Source of the DNA: Flavobacteriales bacterium | GTDB taxonomy: Bacteria; Bacteroidota; Bacteroidia; Flavobacteriales_F; PHOS-HE28 | Assembly (NCBI GenBank): GCA_016715895.1 | Contig: JADJXH010000003.1 | Location: forward strand, 325,583-389,582 | Direction of reading: 5' to 3' | DNA: 64,000 nt | In this document: positions 19,121 through 28,124 of the stretch, in pieces | Layout of the letters: each line of letters begins with the position of its first letter | Position numbering within the stretch: position 1 is the first letter of the stretch | Notes under the pieces: model-generated | The model's input: the letters and a program-made list of their open reading frames with translations, nothing else | Databases searched by the model: none | Told to the model about the DNA's origin: nothing | Program-made: the position numbers and the translations under genes

Positions 19121-21003
19121 GGTGCGGCGGGTTTCACCGTCAGGCTGTTGCGCACGAGATTCCCGTTGTACTGCTGGATGGCGGCCTGCAGGCGCGTGAG
19201 CATGTCGAAGGCCACCAGCTCGCGCGGTTCGCCCAACGGCCCGGTGGTGTCCGCGCCGAGCGGGTCCACGCCCAGCAGGCGCTCGCCGTCGTAGTGCAGG
19301 ATGAACCGGTCGCCCACGGCATGGTACACCTGGTTGCTGGCCATCACGGCATAGGGAGGACTGGCCGGGCGCAGGGCGCTGTGGCCGAAGCTGAAGAAGG
19401 GCTCGCGATGTCCGATGAGGTCCAGCACCGTGGGCAGGATGTCGATGTGCTGCGTCACCCGGTGCTGATCACGCGCCGGCAGGTGCGCGGGCATGTGGTA
19501 GAGCAGAGGCACCCAGTAGTCGATGGCCTTGCTGTACTGCTGGCCATTGCGGTCCAGGTCGGCCGTATGGTCGGCGGTGATCACGAACAGGGTGTTGGCG
19601 AACCAGGGCTTGGTGCGTGCCGTGTCGAAGAACCGGCGCAACGCCTCGTCGGTGTAGCGGAGCACGGGGTGGATCTTGTGGGTGCCCCCGCTGAACTGGG
19701 CGGCCAGGTCGGGCGGCAGCTCGTAGGGGTGATGGCTGCTGAGGGTGAAGACGCAGCTCATGAAGGGCTGCTGTTCCCGGCTCAGCTCCTCGGCGAAGTA
19801 CTGCAGGAAGGGCGGGTCCCAGATGCCCCAATGGCCGTCGTAGTGCTCCTGCACGGGGTACTCGTTGCGGCCCACGTAGCGTTGGAACCCCGCGCTGCGG
19901 GCGAAGCCGTCGAAGCCCATGGTGCCGTTGTTGCCGCCGTGGAAGAAGCTGGTGCGGTAACCTTCCGCGGCCAGGACCCCGGCCAGCGAGGTGAAGGGCT
20001 GCTGGGCATAGCTCGAGGTGATGAAGGCCTCATCCATCAGTTCGGGGATCGAGGCGAGCACGGCCGGGATGCCATCGATGCTGCGGCGCCCGTTGGCGTA
20101 GGCATGCGTCATGTTCAGGCTCTGGTCCATCAGCTCGTCGAGGAAGGGCATGTACCCCGGTCCGCCGCTGAGCCGTGCGCTGTACACCGCGCTGAAGCTC
20201 TCCAGCACGATCACCACCACGTTGGGGCGCTGCGGGATGTGCCCGAGGGGATCGGCCGGGGCATCGAACCGGTGCGTCACGGGCCACAGCACATCGGCCT
20301 GCATCGGCGCCATGTAGGTCCGCTCCTGCACCGCGGGCTTCCCCAGCGTCATCAGCAGGGTGAAGGGTGTGTTGAGCACCACGGGGACATGGGTGGCGGG
20401 CGCGTACCAGGCCGCATCGATCACCTGCAGGGGGATGAGCTGCAGGCCCCCGCGGGAGGCCACCACGAGCGCGGCGACGGTCACGACGGCACCGGTGGCC
20501 CTTCGCCAGGGGCGCAGGGGAGATCCGGCATCGAGCCGGCCCGCCCATCGGTGCCCCCAGGCCAGCAGGGCCAGCAGCGCCAGGTAGATCAGCACGATAT
20601 ACCAGTAGTCGCGGGCGAAGGCCGGGGCCAGGTTGGCGGTGTCGCTGCCGGCGGTGAGGATGCGCAGGAAGTCGGCCGTACTGCGCTTGAGGCTGAACTT
20701 GTAGTACTCCAGATCGACGCAGGCGAAGAAGAGGGCGATGGCGTTCACGCCCAGGTAGAGGCCGGTGAGCGCCTTCCGCCACGCGCCTTGCGGCCGGGGC
20801 ACCGCCAGGCTCAGGAGCACCCACAGGGCGTTCAGCCAGGCCAGCGCGCTGAGGTCGAACCGCAAGCCGCCCCAGTAGGCCGAGGCCGGCGCATCGGCGA
20901 ACGACCCCGCGTTCAGCGCGACGAAGAGGACGCGGACCAGCGCGTACACCCCGAGCAGCAGCCCGGAACGCACCGCCAACACCAACAGGGGACCGCGTAG
21001 CAC
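19117..21003 (-). CDS. LTA synthase / sulfatase-family membrane protein (phosphoglycerol or phosphoethanolamine transferase-like). Start uncertain: proposed GTG at 21003; the ORF extends to 21183 but that would overlap the divergent E1 gene start.
   Basis: N-terminal multi-TM region followed by an alkaline-phosphatase-superfamily domain (VVVIVLESFSAVYS...RRSIDGIPAVLASIPEL...WVPLLYHMP...). Confidence 0.75.
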   Translation of the reverse strand: MLRGPLLVLAVRSGLLLGVYALVRVLFVALNAGSFADAPASAYWGGLRFDLSALAWLNALWVLLSLAVPRPQGAWRKALTGLYLGVNAIALFFACVDLEYYKFSLKRSTADFLRILTAGSDTANLAPAFARDYWYIVLIYLALLALLAWGHRWAGRLDAGSPLRPWRRATGAVVTVAALVVASRGGLQLIPLQVIDAAWYAPATHVPVVLNTPFTLLMTLGKPAVQERTYMAPMQADVLWPVTHRFDAPADPLGHIPQRPNVVVIVLESFSAVYSARLSGGPGYMPFLDELMDQSLNMTHAYANGRRSIDGIPAVLASIPELMDEAFITSSYAQQPFTSLAGVLAAEGYRTSFFHGGNNGTMGFDGFARSAGFQRYVGRNEYPVQEHYDGHWGIWDPPFLQYFAEELSREQQPFMSCVFTLSSHHPYELPPDLAAQFSGGTHKIHPVLRYTDEALRRFFDTARTKPWFANTLFVITADHTADLDRNGQQYSKAIDYWVPLLYHMPAHLPARDQHRVTQHIDILPTVLDLIGHREPFFSFGHSALRPASPPYAVMASNQVYHAVGDRFILHYDGERLLGVDPLGADTTGPLGEPRELVAFDMLTRLQAAIQQYNGNLVRNSLTVKPAAP

Positions 21004-21106
21004 CGCGCGAAAGTAACGGGGCGGCAGAGTGCAGGGCCCAAGGCACCGCCGGGGATACCTTTGGCCCGCCGGATCACGCGGGCCGCACGCCCGACCGGCG
21101 ACTTCC

Positions 21107-23152
21107 ATGACGCCATTGACCATCGAGGACCGCCAGCTGCGTTTCGAGCGCGGCACGCACGACGACGCCTTTCTGCTGGACACCTACACCAAGCTGGTGT
21201 ACCCCCGCATCATTGAGGAGAAGATGCTGAGCCTGCTGCGGCAGGGCAAGATCAGCAAGTGGTTCAGCGGGATCGGCCAGGAGGCCATCGCCGTGGGGGC
21301 CGCCATGGCCCTGCGCGACGACGAGTACATCCTGCCCATGCACCGAAACCTGGGCGTCTTCACCACGCGCGGCATGCCGTTCCGCAAGCTCTTCGCGCAG
21401 TGGCAGGGCAAGGCCACCGGCTACAGCAAGGGCCGCGAGCGCAGCTTCCACTTCGGAAGCAAGGAGCACAGGGTGGTGGGCATGATCAGCCACCTGGGCC
21501 CGCAGATGGGCATCGCCGACGGCATTGCGCTGGCCCACAAGCTGCAGAAGGAGAGCCGCTGCACCATCGTTTTCACTGGTGATGGCGCCACCAGCGAGGG
21601 CGATTTCCACGAAAGCGTGAACGTGGCGGCGGTGTGGGACCTGCCGGTGCTCTTCATCATCGAGAACAACGGCTATGGGCTGAGCACGCCCAGCAGCGAG
21701 CAGTTCCGCATGAAGAGCTTCGTGGACAAGGCCATCGGGTATGGCATCGAAGGCGTGCAGATCGCCGGCAACAACATCCTGGAGGTCTACGACACCCTGG
21801 CGAAGCTGGCCGACAGCGTGCGCGAGAACCCGCGGCCCATCCTGGTGGAGTGCATCACCTTCCGCATGCGCGGCCACGAGGAGGCAAGCGGCACCAAGTA
21901 CGTGCCCAAGGAGCTCTTCGAGGAATGGGGCAAAAAGGACCCTGTGGCCAACTACGAGGCGTGGCTGCTGAAGCACGGGGTGCTCACCATCGCCAAGCGG
22001 GACGAGATCCGCGCGCGGCTGAAGGAGGGCATCGAGGATGACCTGAAGCACGCGTTCGAGGAGCCGGAACCGGTGCCGAACGCGGAACAGGAACATGCGG
22101 ATGTGTATGCGGACATGGATCGGGGCCCCCGTAGCGTCGACCCACCGGGTCGACCTGCTGCGCTGCCAGCAGAACCCGCCACGTCCGGCGTGCCCGAGAA
22201 GCGCATGATCGACGCCATCCAGGAAGGCCTGCGCCAGAGCATGGAGCGTCATCCCGGCTTGGTGCTGATGGGGCAGGACATCGCCGAGTACGGCGGCGCG
22301 TTCAAGATCACCGAGGGCTTCGTGGAACAGTTCGGCAAGGAGCGGGTGCGGAACACCCCGTTGTGCGAGAGCGCCATCCTCGGCGCGGCGCTGGGCCTCA
22401 GCATCAAGGGGATGAAGGCCATGATGGAGATGCAGTTCGCCGACTTCGTGAGCGAGGGCATCACCCAGATCTGCAACAACCTGGCGAAGATCCACTACCG
22501 CTGGGGCCAGAACGCCGATGTGGTGGTGCGCATGCCCACCGGCGCGGGGGTGGGAGCGGGGCCCTTCCACAGCCAGAGCAACGAGATGTGGTTCGTGAAG
22601 ACACCGGGCCTGAAGGTGGTGTACCCCAGCAACCCGTACGACGCCAAGGGCCTGCTGATGACGGCCTTCGACGACCCCAACCCGGTGATGTTCTTCGAGC
22701 ACAAGGCCATGTACCGCAGCATCAACGGACCCGTGCCCGAGCAGCCCTACGGCATCCCCTTCGGGAAGGCGCGCGTGGTGCGCGAAGGGTCGGCACTCAG
22801 CCTCATCACCTACGGCATGGGCGTGCATTGGGCCACCGATGTGCAGCGGGAGACCGGCATCGACATCGACATCATCGACCTGCGCACCTTGGTGCCGCTG
22901 GACGTGGAGACCATCCTGGCCAGCGTGAAGCGGACCGGCAAGGTGTTGCTGCTGCACGAGGACACGCTGACGGCCGGCTTTGGTGGGGAGCTGGCGGCCA
23001 TCATCGCCGAGCACGCCTTCGAGCACCTGGATGCGCCGATCGTTCGGGTGGCCAGCTGGGATACGCCCGTGCCCTTCGCCATTCCGCTGGAGAACGGGTT
23101 CCTGCCGAAGGGAAGGTTGAAGGCGGCGGTGGAACGGCTGGCGGGGTACTGA
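21107..23152 (+). CDS. Fused 2-oxoacid (branched-chain alpha-keto acid/pyruvate-type) dehydrogenase E1 component, alpha and beta subunits in one polypeptide
   Basis: Alpha-like TPP-binding half (…HRNLGVFTTRG…, GDGATSEGDFHESVNVAAVWDLPVLFIIENNGYGLSTP). Beta-like half (MIDAIQEGL...VLMGQDIAEYGGAFKITEGFVEQFGKERVRNTPLCESAILGAALG...). The fusion is typical of Bacteroidota. Confidence 0.9.
   Translation: MTPLTIEDRQLRFERGTHDDAFLLDTYTKLVYPRIIEEKMLSLLRQGKISKWFSGIGQEAIAVGAAMALRDDEYILPMHRNLGVFTTRGMPFRKLFAQWQGKATGYSKGRERSFHFGSKEHRVVGMISHLGPQMGIADGIALAHKLQKESRCTIVFTGDGATSEGDFHESVNVAAVWDLPVLFIIENNGYGLSTPSSEQFRMKSFVDKAIGYGIEGVQIAGNNILEVYDTLAKLADSVRENPRPILVECITFRMRGHEEASGTKYVPKELFEEWGKKDPVANYEAWLLKHGVLTIAKRDEIRARLKEGIEDDLKHAFEEPEPVPNAEQEHADVYADMDRGPRSVDPPGRPAALPAEPATSGVPEKRMIDAIQEGLRQSMERHPGLVLMGQDIAEYGGAFKITEGFVEQFGKERVRNTPLCESAILGAALGLSIKGMKAMMEMQFADFVSEGITQICNNLAKIHYRWGQNADVVVRMPTGAGVGAGPFHSQSNEMWFVKTPGLKVVYPSNPYDAKGLLMTAFDDPNPVMFFEHKAMYRSINGPVPEQPYGIPFGKARVVREGSALSLITYGMGVHWATDVQRETGIDIDIIDLRTLVPLDVETILASVKRTGKVLLLHEDTLTAGFGGELAAIIAEHAFEHLDAPIVRVASWDTPVPFAIPLENGFLPKGRLKAAVERLAGY
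22137..22163. repeat. 27-bp palindromic element GTAGCGTCGACCCACCGGGTCGACCTG embedded in-frame in the E1 alpha-beta linker; identical inverted copy at 30589-30615
   Basis: Exact 27/27 identity with the reverse complement of 30589-30615. The core is a 19-bp perfect-arm palindrome containing two GTCGAC sites. Confidence 0.8.
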
Positions 23153-23156
23153 CCTA

Positions 23157-25139
23157 TCACTCCTTCACGAACGGCCAGGCGCGCACCGCCGTACCGGTCG
23201 ACAGACGCAGCCAATACGTTCCCGGTCGCAGGGCCGACACATCGATCCCGTTCCGCTGGACCGTGGACCGCCCGACCTCACGGCCCAGGGCATCCAGGAT
23301 GCGCAGCTCAGCACCGGCCCGCGACGCGTGATCGGCGACGAAAAGCCGGTCGGTCACCGGGTTCGGGTACAGCGGTGATGTGGTGGAGAACGCTTCAGCC
23401 AATCCCATGGGCATGGTGCCCTCCACCACGGTGAGGAGGGTGTCCGCCGCGGGCGTCGGGACCACGTCCACGATGCCGCTGGGCCAGCGCACCACCACCT
23501 GATCGACGACGGGGGAGGGGCCCAGGCCGAAATGGGCGTACAGGCTGCTCATGAACCGGGCGCCTTCGCCGCTGCGGATGTCGCGGATCTGCTGGCCCAT
23601 CGACGTGTGCAGCTCCACCCGCGCACCGATGCCGCTGCGGTTGCTCACCGTGCCCACGGTCCGCACGCGCAGCCAGTGGTTGGCCGTGCCGCTGCTGATC
23701 CAGACCACGTTGCCGTTGGTGAGGTCCAGGGCACCATCGTGGTTGAGGTCGCCCACGGCCTCGGGCTGAAGAACCCCGCCTTGAACGAACTGCAGGCCGC
23801 CGATGCCGTAGTGCACCCGCCCGCCGCCCAGGATGTCCAACCATCCGTCGTTGTTCAGGTCGTGCGTCACCCACTCGGTGCCGGTGGCGTGGAACACGTC
23901 CAGGCCGGAGCCCAGGATGACGTTCGTGAAGGTGCCATCGCCGTTGTTGCGCAGCAGCAGGTGACGGAAGCTCCAGTTCGGGCTGCCGCTGGCGCCCACG
24001 AAGCCGTCCATGTCGCCGTCGTTGTCGAAGTCCCCCCAGGCGCTGCTGCGGGCATCATGGTCCTGCGTCACCACGGGGTCGTTCACAGGGGTCAGCACCA
24101 GACCGCCTTCGTTGTGGAGCAGCACATCCTCCTCCGCGCATCCGCTCTTGGTGCAGTACGCGTCCACCAGCCCGTCGTTGTCCAGGTCGGTCCACAGCAC
24201 GGCCTTGTTGCCGCAGACCGTGCCATAGGTCTGATTGACGAAGGCCAGGCCTCCATTGCCATCATTGTGCAGCACGAAGTTCAAGGCGAGGTCGCTGGTG
24301 ACGAAGCCGTCCAGATGCCCATCCGCATCCACGTCCACCAGATTGTTGCGGTAGGTGGCCCCGCCGATGGTGAGCGCGGTGGGCAGGTAGCTGGTCCCGT
24401 TGGCATCGGCCATCAGCACATGGAAGCTGCTCTGGGCCCCGGCATAGAACAGGTCGGGGTATCCGTTGTTGTCGATATCGCCCGCGGCCAGGCCTTGGGA
24501 TGCGGGGTTGTTGATGATCCCATGCGGGGTCGCCTGCGGCACGAACGAACCGTCCGCCTGCTGATGATGCACGGTCAGGCCGAAGACATCGGGCACCACG
24601 AGGTCGTCCCGACCATCCTCGTTCATGTCGACGACACCGGCGATGACGGCGGGGTCCGTGAGCGCGAAGCCGCTGAACGTGACCGCGTCCACCGGAGCGG
24701 AGGGATTGGCGAACTCGGAGAGCTCGAAGGCGCATCCCTGGCCGCCGTTGTTGTTCTCCACGATGATGCGGTAGGTGGTGCCCTGTTCCGCCCGGAAGCT
24801 GAAGGCCGAGGTGAGGTTGGGGCCCGAATTGTCGTCACCAGCGAAGCAGCCCAAGCCGCCGCACGGTCCGACGGCCACACTGACGCGGGTGTCCTGGTCG
24901 GGATACCCCTGGACGTGCGTGACGATGCGCACGTTGGTGTCCTGCGAGGCGGTATAGGCGTACCAGGCACTGGCGGAGGCCATCACGGCGTTCTCGGTGC
25001 AGACCATGGGGGCCGGTGTGCCGGTGATGGCCGGCACCACGTGGATGCCTGCGCTGATGGGGAGCGCGGAGGCGCAGTCGTTCTGTGCGGCCAGCACGGT
25101 GCTGAACGCCGCGGTGGAAAGGAGGAGCAGGTGGCGCAT
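23157..25139 (-). CDS. CRTAC1-family secreted protein (FG-GAP repeats plus UnbV/ASPIC domain) with T9SS type-A C-terminal sorting domain
   Basis: Signal peptide MRHLLLLSTAAFSTVLAAQ. Repeated DxDxDG / FG-GAP-like motifs. UnbV_ASPIC segment ARVELHTSMGQQIRDIRSGEGARFMSSLYAHFGLG. C-terminal YPNPVTDRLFV...PGTYWLRL...FVKE tail. Confidence 0.8.
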   Translation of the reverse strand: MRHLLLLSTAAFSTVLAAQNDCASALPISAGIHVVPAITGTPAPMVCTENAVMASASAWYAYTASQDTNVRIVTHVQGYPDQDTRVSVAVGPCGGLGCFAGDDNSGPNLTSAFSFRAEQGTTYRIIVENNNGGQGCAFELSEFANPSAPVDAVTFSGFALTDPAVIAGVVDMNEDGRDDLVVPDVFGLTVHHQQADGSFVPQATPHGIINNPASQGLAAGDIDNNGYPDLFYAGAQSSFHVLMADANGTSYLPTALTIGGATYRNNLVDVDADGHLDGFVTSDLALNFVLHNDGNGGLAFVNQTYGTVCGNKAVLWTDLDNDGLVDAYCTKSGCAEEDVLLHNEGGLVLTPVNDPVVTQDHDARSSAWGDFDNDGDMDGFVGASGSPNWSFRHLLLRNNGDGTFTNVILGSGLDVFHATGTEWVTHDLNNDGWLDILGGGRVHYGIGGLQFVQGGVLQPEAVGDLNHDGALDLTNGNVVWISSGTANHWLRVRTVGTVSNRSGIGARVELHTSMGQQIRDIRSGEGARFMSSLYAHFGLGPSPVVDQVVVRWPSGIVDVVPTPAADTLLTVVEGTMPMGLAEAFSTTSPLYPNPVTDRLFVADHASRAGAELRILDALGREVGRSTVQRNGIDVSALRPGTYWLRLSTGTAVRAWPFVKE

Positions 25140-25498
25140 GGGGTCTTCGGTGGAAGCATGACCCATGAGCGGGCCCGGCGGTTGTCCGGACCGGGGTGCG
25201 GAGCCCCATCTTTGCCCCATCGCACCCATCATGCCGCAGAAGAGCAGACAGAACCGCAACCGCAAGCGCAAGGCCACCCTGAAGCTGGTGAAGCGCATGA
25301 TCGCCCGGGACGAGCAGGAAGAGGCCACGAAGCCGGCGCCGGCGGGGAAGGAGCCACACGGCAACGAGGCGTGAACGGATGCCCGCCCCCAGCGGGCGGG
25401 TTGTGCACAGGCGGTGGTGAACAAGCCGCTTCGGACGCGACAACGCTTGAAGGCCAAGCGGATAGCGCCATCCACTCCGTTCCTTCAAACGTGCCCTG

Positions 25499-26239
25499 TT
25501 GATGAACGCCGCCGTACCGCCCTTCGGATCGGGCGCAGCCGGCCTTCACTTTGGCACCATGAGCTCGGCCGTGTTCGACATCCGCTGGAACAGGATCCTT
25601 CGTGCCCGCGAACAGGGGCAGGAGGAACTGACCGATTTCCTTGGCCCCCGGGCCGATCTGGGGCCCCTGGTGCGCCTGGGGCTCATCCGCCGCCGCGAGG
25701 TCAATGGCGAGTTCCAACGGTACCACGGCTATGTGCCCACCCCGAAGGGCAGCGAGTACCTGCTCCACATCCCGGAGAAGGAACTGATCCTGGTGCGCCA
25801 GCAGCGCGGGGCGGCCCTGATGGCCGAACTGCGGAAGGACCCCGCCCCGGATGCGGTGTTCAAGCCCACCTATGCGGAGCCCACCCACGAGCAGTTCGAG
25901 CTGGTGCGACAGATGCGCGAGCAGGCCGGTCGCGATGTGTGGAAGGTGCAACGGGCCGATCACCTTCGCGACCGCTTGATGGAGGGCTACATGGACCTGC
26001 GCATGTTCACCAAGCGCACCGGCATCGGTGAGGGGGTGTTGATGCGGCACATGCTGTGCACGCCCCGGAGCGAACGGGCGCACGACCGCGCGCTCCAGAT
26101 CGAGATCACACCATCGGGCGCGCGGTTCCTGGCCGTGGCCGATCCGTGGGAGCTGCTGCTGGTGCGACCGGGCATGGAACTGCCGCTGTTCGAGCGCTGC
26201 GATCCGATGGCCGCGGCCTACCATTGTGCGCTCCCGTGA
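25499..26239 (+). CDS. Hypothetical protein (246 aa), translationally coupled to the downstream FNR-like reductase
   Basis: No recognisable domain. Its TGA stop overlaps the GTG start of the next gene (GTGA at 26236-26239). Start may be the internal Met (MSSAVFD...). Confidence 0.4.
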   Translation: MMNAAVPPFGSGAAGLHFGTMSSAVFDIRWNRILRAREQGQEELTDFLGPRADLGPLVRLGLIRRREVNGEFQRYHGYVPTPKGSEYLLHIPEKELILVRQQRGAALMAELRKDPAPDAVFKPTYAEPTHEQFELVRQMREQAGRDVWKVQRADHLRDRLMEGYMDLRMFTKRTGIGEGVLMRHMLCTPRSERAHDRALQIEITPSGARFLAVADPWELLLVRPGMELPLFERCDPMAAAYHCALP

Positions 26240-26925
26240 GCGCGGGCGGGCCCTCCACCGATCGGCACCGGGTGGAGGTGCTGGGAGCGGTCTTCCTCAA
26301 CCCCACGGTCAAACGGTTCACCCTGTCCCGACCCAAAGGGTTCATTTTCACCCCCGGCCAGGGCTGCATGGTGGCGGTCGACCGTGACGGCTGGCGCGAC
26401 AAGCCCAGGCCCTTCACCTTCACGGCCCCGCCGGGCGCGCGGACGCTGGAGCTCATCGTCAAGATCTACGAGGCGCATCAGGGGGTCACCCGGCAGATGG
26501 GCACCTTGGGCAAGGGCGACCACCTGCTGCTGGGCGAGGTCTTCGGCACCATCGCGTACAAGGGGCCGGGCGTCTTCTTCGCCGGGGGGGCGGGCATCAC
26601 GCCGTTCCTGTCCATCCTGCGCCAGTTGCACCGGGCGAAGGCCCTGAAGGCGCACACGCTGGTATGGTCGAACCGAACGGCCGGGGATGTGTTCCTGGAC
26701 GACGAGCTCGCGCGGATGCTGGGCCGGCAGTACCTGAAGACCTTCACCCGGGAGAACGTGATCGGCTTCCGCGACCGGCGCATCGACCGCGATGACCTCG
26801 TGGGCCTGATCAGGGACTTCGACCAGTGCTTCTACCTCTGCGGACCGGATCGTTTCGTGACCGACCTGAAGGCCATGCTGCTGGAGCTCGGCGCTGCGCC
26901 GGACAGCCTCGTGTTCGAGTCCTGA
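26236..26925 (+). CDS. Ferredoxin-NADP reductase-like FAD/NAD(P)-binding oxidoreductase (no Fe-S domain)
   Basis: FAD-binding RxYS-like module (…LIVKIYEAHQGVTRQMGTLGKGD…) and NAD module GVFFAGGAGITPFLSIL...CGPDRFV. Proposed GTG start overlaps the upstream stop. Confidence 0.6.
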   Translation: MSAGGPSTDRHRVEVLGAVFLNPTVKRFTLSRPKGFIFTPGQGCMVAVDRDGWRDKPRPFTFTAPPGARTLELIVKIYEAHQGVTRQMGTLGKGDHLLLGEVFGTIAYKGPGVFFAGGAGITPFLSILRQLHRAKALKAHTLVWSNRTAGDVFLDDELARMLGRQYLKTFTRENVIGFRDRRIDRDDLVGLIRDFDQCFYLCGPDRFVTDLKAMLLELGAAPDSLVFES

Positions 26926-27040
26926 GCCCCGGTGTACACGGTGTGTTGTTCGTTGCTTGCGGGGGAAGGCCCGGTCCGGCGGTGGACGCACGGCTATGTT
27001 TGACCGCGCCGATCCAGATCACCGTCGGGCCCCACCACTC

Positions 27041-27790
27041 ATGAGCATGGACAACGCCTTCATCGCCACCACGTTCGACTGGGATCATCGCACACCGACC
27101 GCGTGGCAGTTGTTCATGAACAAGGCCTTCCGGAAACTCCACCTCCCGGTGCGGCTCACCCCGGCCCCGAGCGACATGGCCAATGTGGAGGCGCGGATGA
27201 ACCTCTTTCATCTCTTGGATCAGGTCATCGCCTACAAGGTTCCGGGCGACATCGTGGACCTGGGCTGCAATGCGGGGGACAGCACCATCGTGATGCAGAA
27301 GGTGGTGAGCGCGCTCGCGCCCGACCGGCAGGTGCATGCGTTCGACAGCTTCGAGGGCCTGCCCGAGGTGACAGGGACCGATGTGGCCGACGGGGTGTAC
27401 GGCAAGGGGTATATGGCGGCTCCGCTCGACGTGTTCAAGCGCAAGTTCGATGCGCTCGGCCTGAGGCACCCGCACATCCACAAAGGCTGGTTCCAGGACA
27501 CGGTACCGCAGCACCTGCCCGAGCGGATCGCCTTCGCCCTCATCGATGGTGACCTGTACGAGAGCACCAGGCACGTGCTGCCTCATGTGTATGCGCGCAT
27601 GGCTCCGGGGGCCATCGGCATGATCGCCGTGTACTATGATGAGAAAGTCCTGGCCCGTCGCGGGCTGTCCGGAGGCTATCGCTCACCCGGCGTGAAACGC
27701 GCTTGCGACGAGTTCTTCGCCGACAAGCCGGAGAAGGTGCACGTGCTTTACGCGAACGAGTACTCGAACGGGTACTTCCGCAAGCGCTGA
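27041..27790 (+). CDS. TylF/MycF/NovP-family class I SAM-dependent O-methyltransferase (macrocin-O-methyltransferase type)
   Basis: …GDIVDLGCNAGDSTIVM… (SAM-binding glycine-rich motif); …FALIDGDLYESTRHVL… metal-binding DxD-like signature of TylF-type enzymes. Confidence 0.7.
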   Translation: MSMDNAFIATTFDWDHRTPTAWQLFMNKAFRKLHLPVRLTPAPSDMANVEARMNLFHLLDQVIAYKVPGDIVDLGCNAGDSTIVMQKVVSALAPDRQVHAFDSFEGLPEVTGTDVADGVYGKGYMAAPLDVFKRKFDALGLRHPHIHKGWFQDTVPQHLPERIAFALIDGDLYESTRHVLPHVYARMAPGAIGMIAVYYDEKVLARRGLSGGYRSPGVKRACDEFFADKPEKVHVLYANEYSNGYFRKR

Positions 27791-27794
27791 TCGC

Positions 27795-28124
27795 TCAACG
27801 CAGCGCGATGCTGTCCAGCACGGCGGGCGTACCCTTGCTGCAGTCGCCGGAGTGGATGCGCGACAGGGTGTAGGTGAAGCTCAGCTTCAGCCCTTCCTGG
27901 CGGTAGCGTTCGTCCAAGCCGACCGGCATCAGGTGACCGATCTCTCCGGGCGGATCCAGGGCGATGAGCACGGGGCAGCCATCCGCCGCATGGGCGAGGG
28001 TGACCGTGCCGAGCGTGTGGCCCGGAGGTGGTGATGCGGCACCGCCGGACGGTGCGCTCTTCCCACCCGCACATCCGCACAACACGGCGGAGGCGGCCAG
28101 CAGATTCTTGAACAGGCGGATCAC
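27795..28124 (-). CDS. Small lipoprotein, hypothetical
   Basis: Lipobox AASAVLCGCAGG after an N-terminal signal; 109 aa. Confidence 0.4.
   Translation of the reverse strand: MIRLFKNLLAASAVLCGCAGGKSAPSGGAASPPPGHTLGTVTLAHAADGCPVLIALDPPGEIGHLMPVGLDERYRQEGLKLSFTYTLSRIHSGDCSKGTPAVLDSIALR

Noticed and set aside
21003-21183. Extension of the LTA-synthase-like gene to the first ATG at 21183
   Set aside because: It would overlap the divergently transcribed E1 gene start (21107) by 77 bp and adds a non-membrane Arg/Ser-rich N-terminus. A GTG at 21003 directly preceding the first TM helix is more plausible, though unproven.
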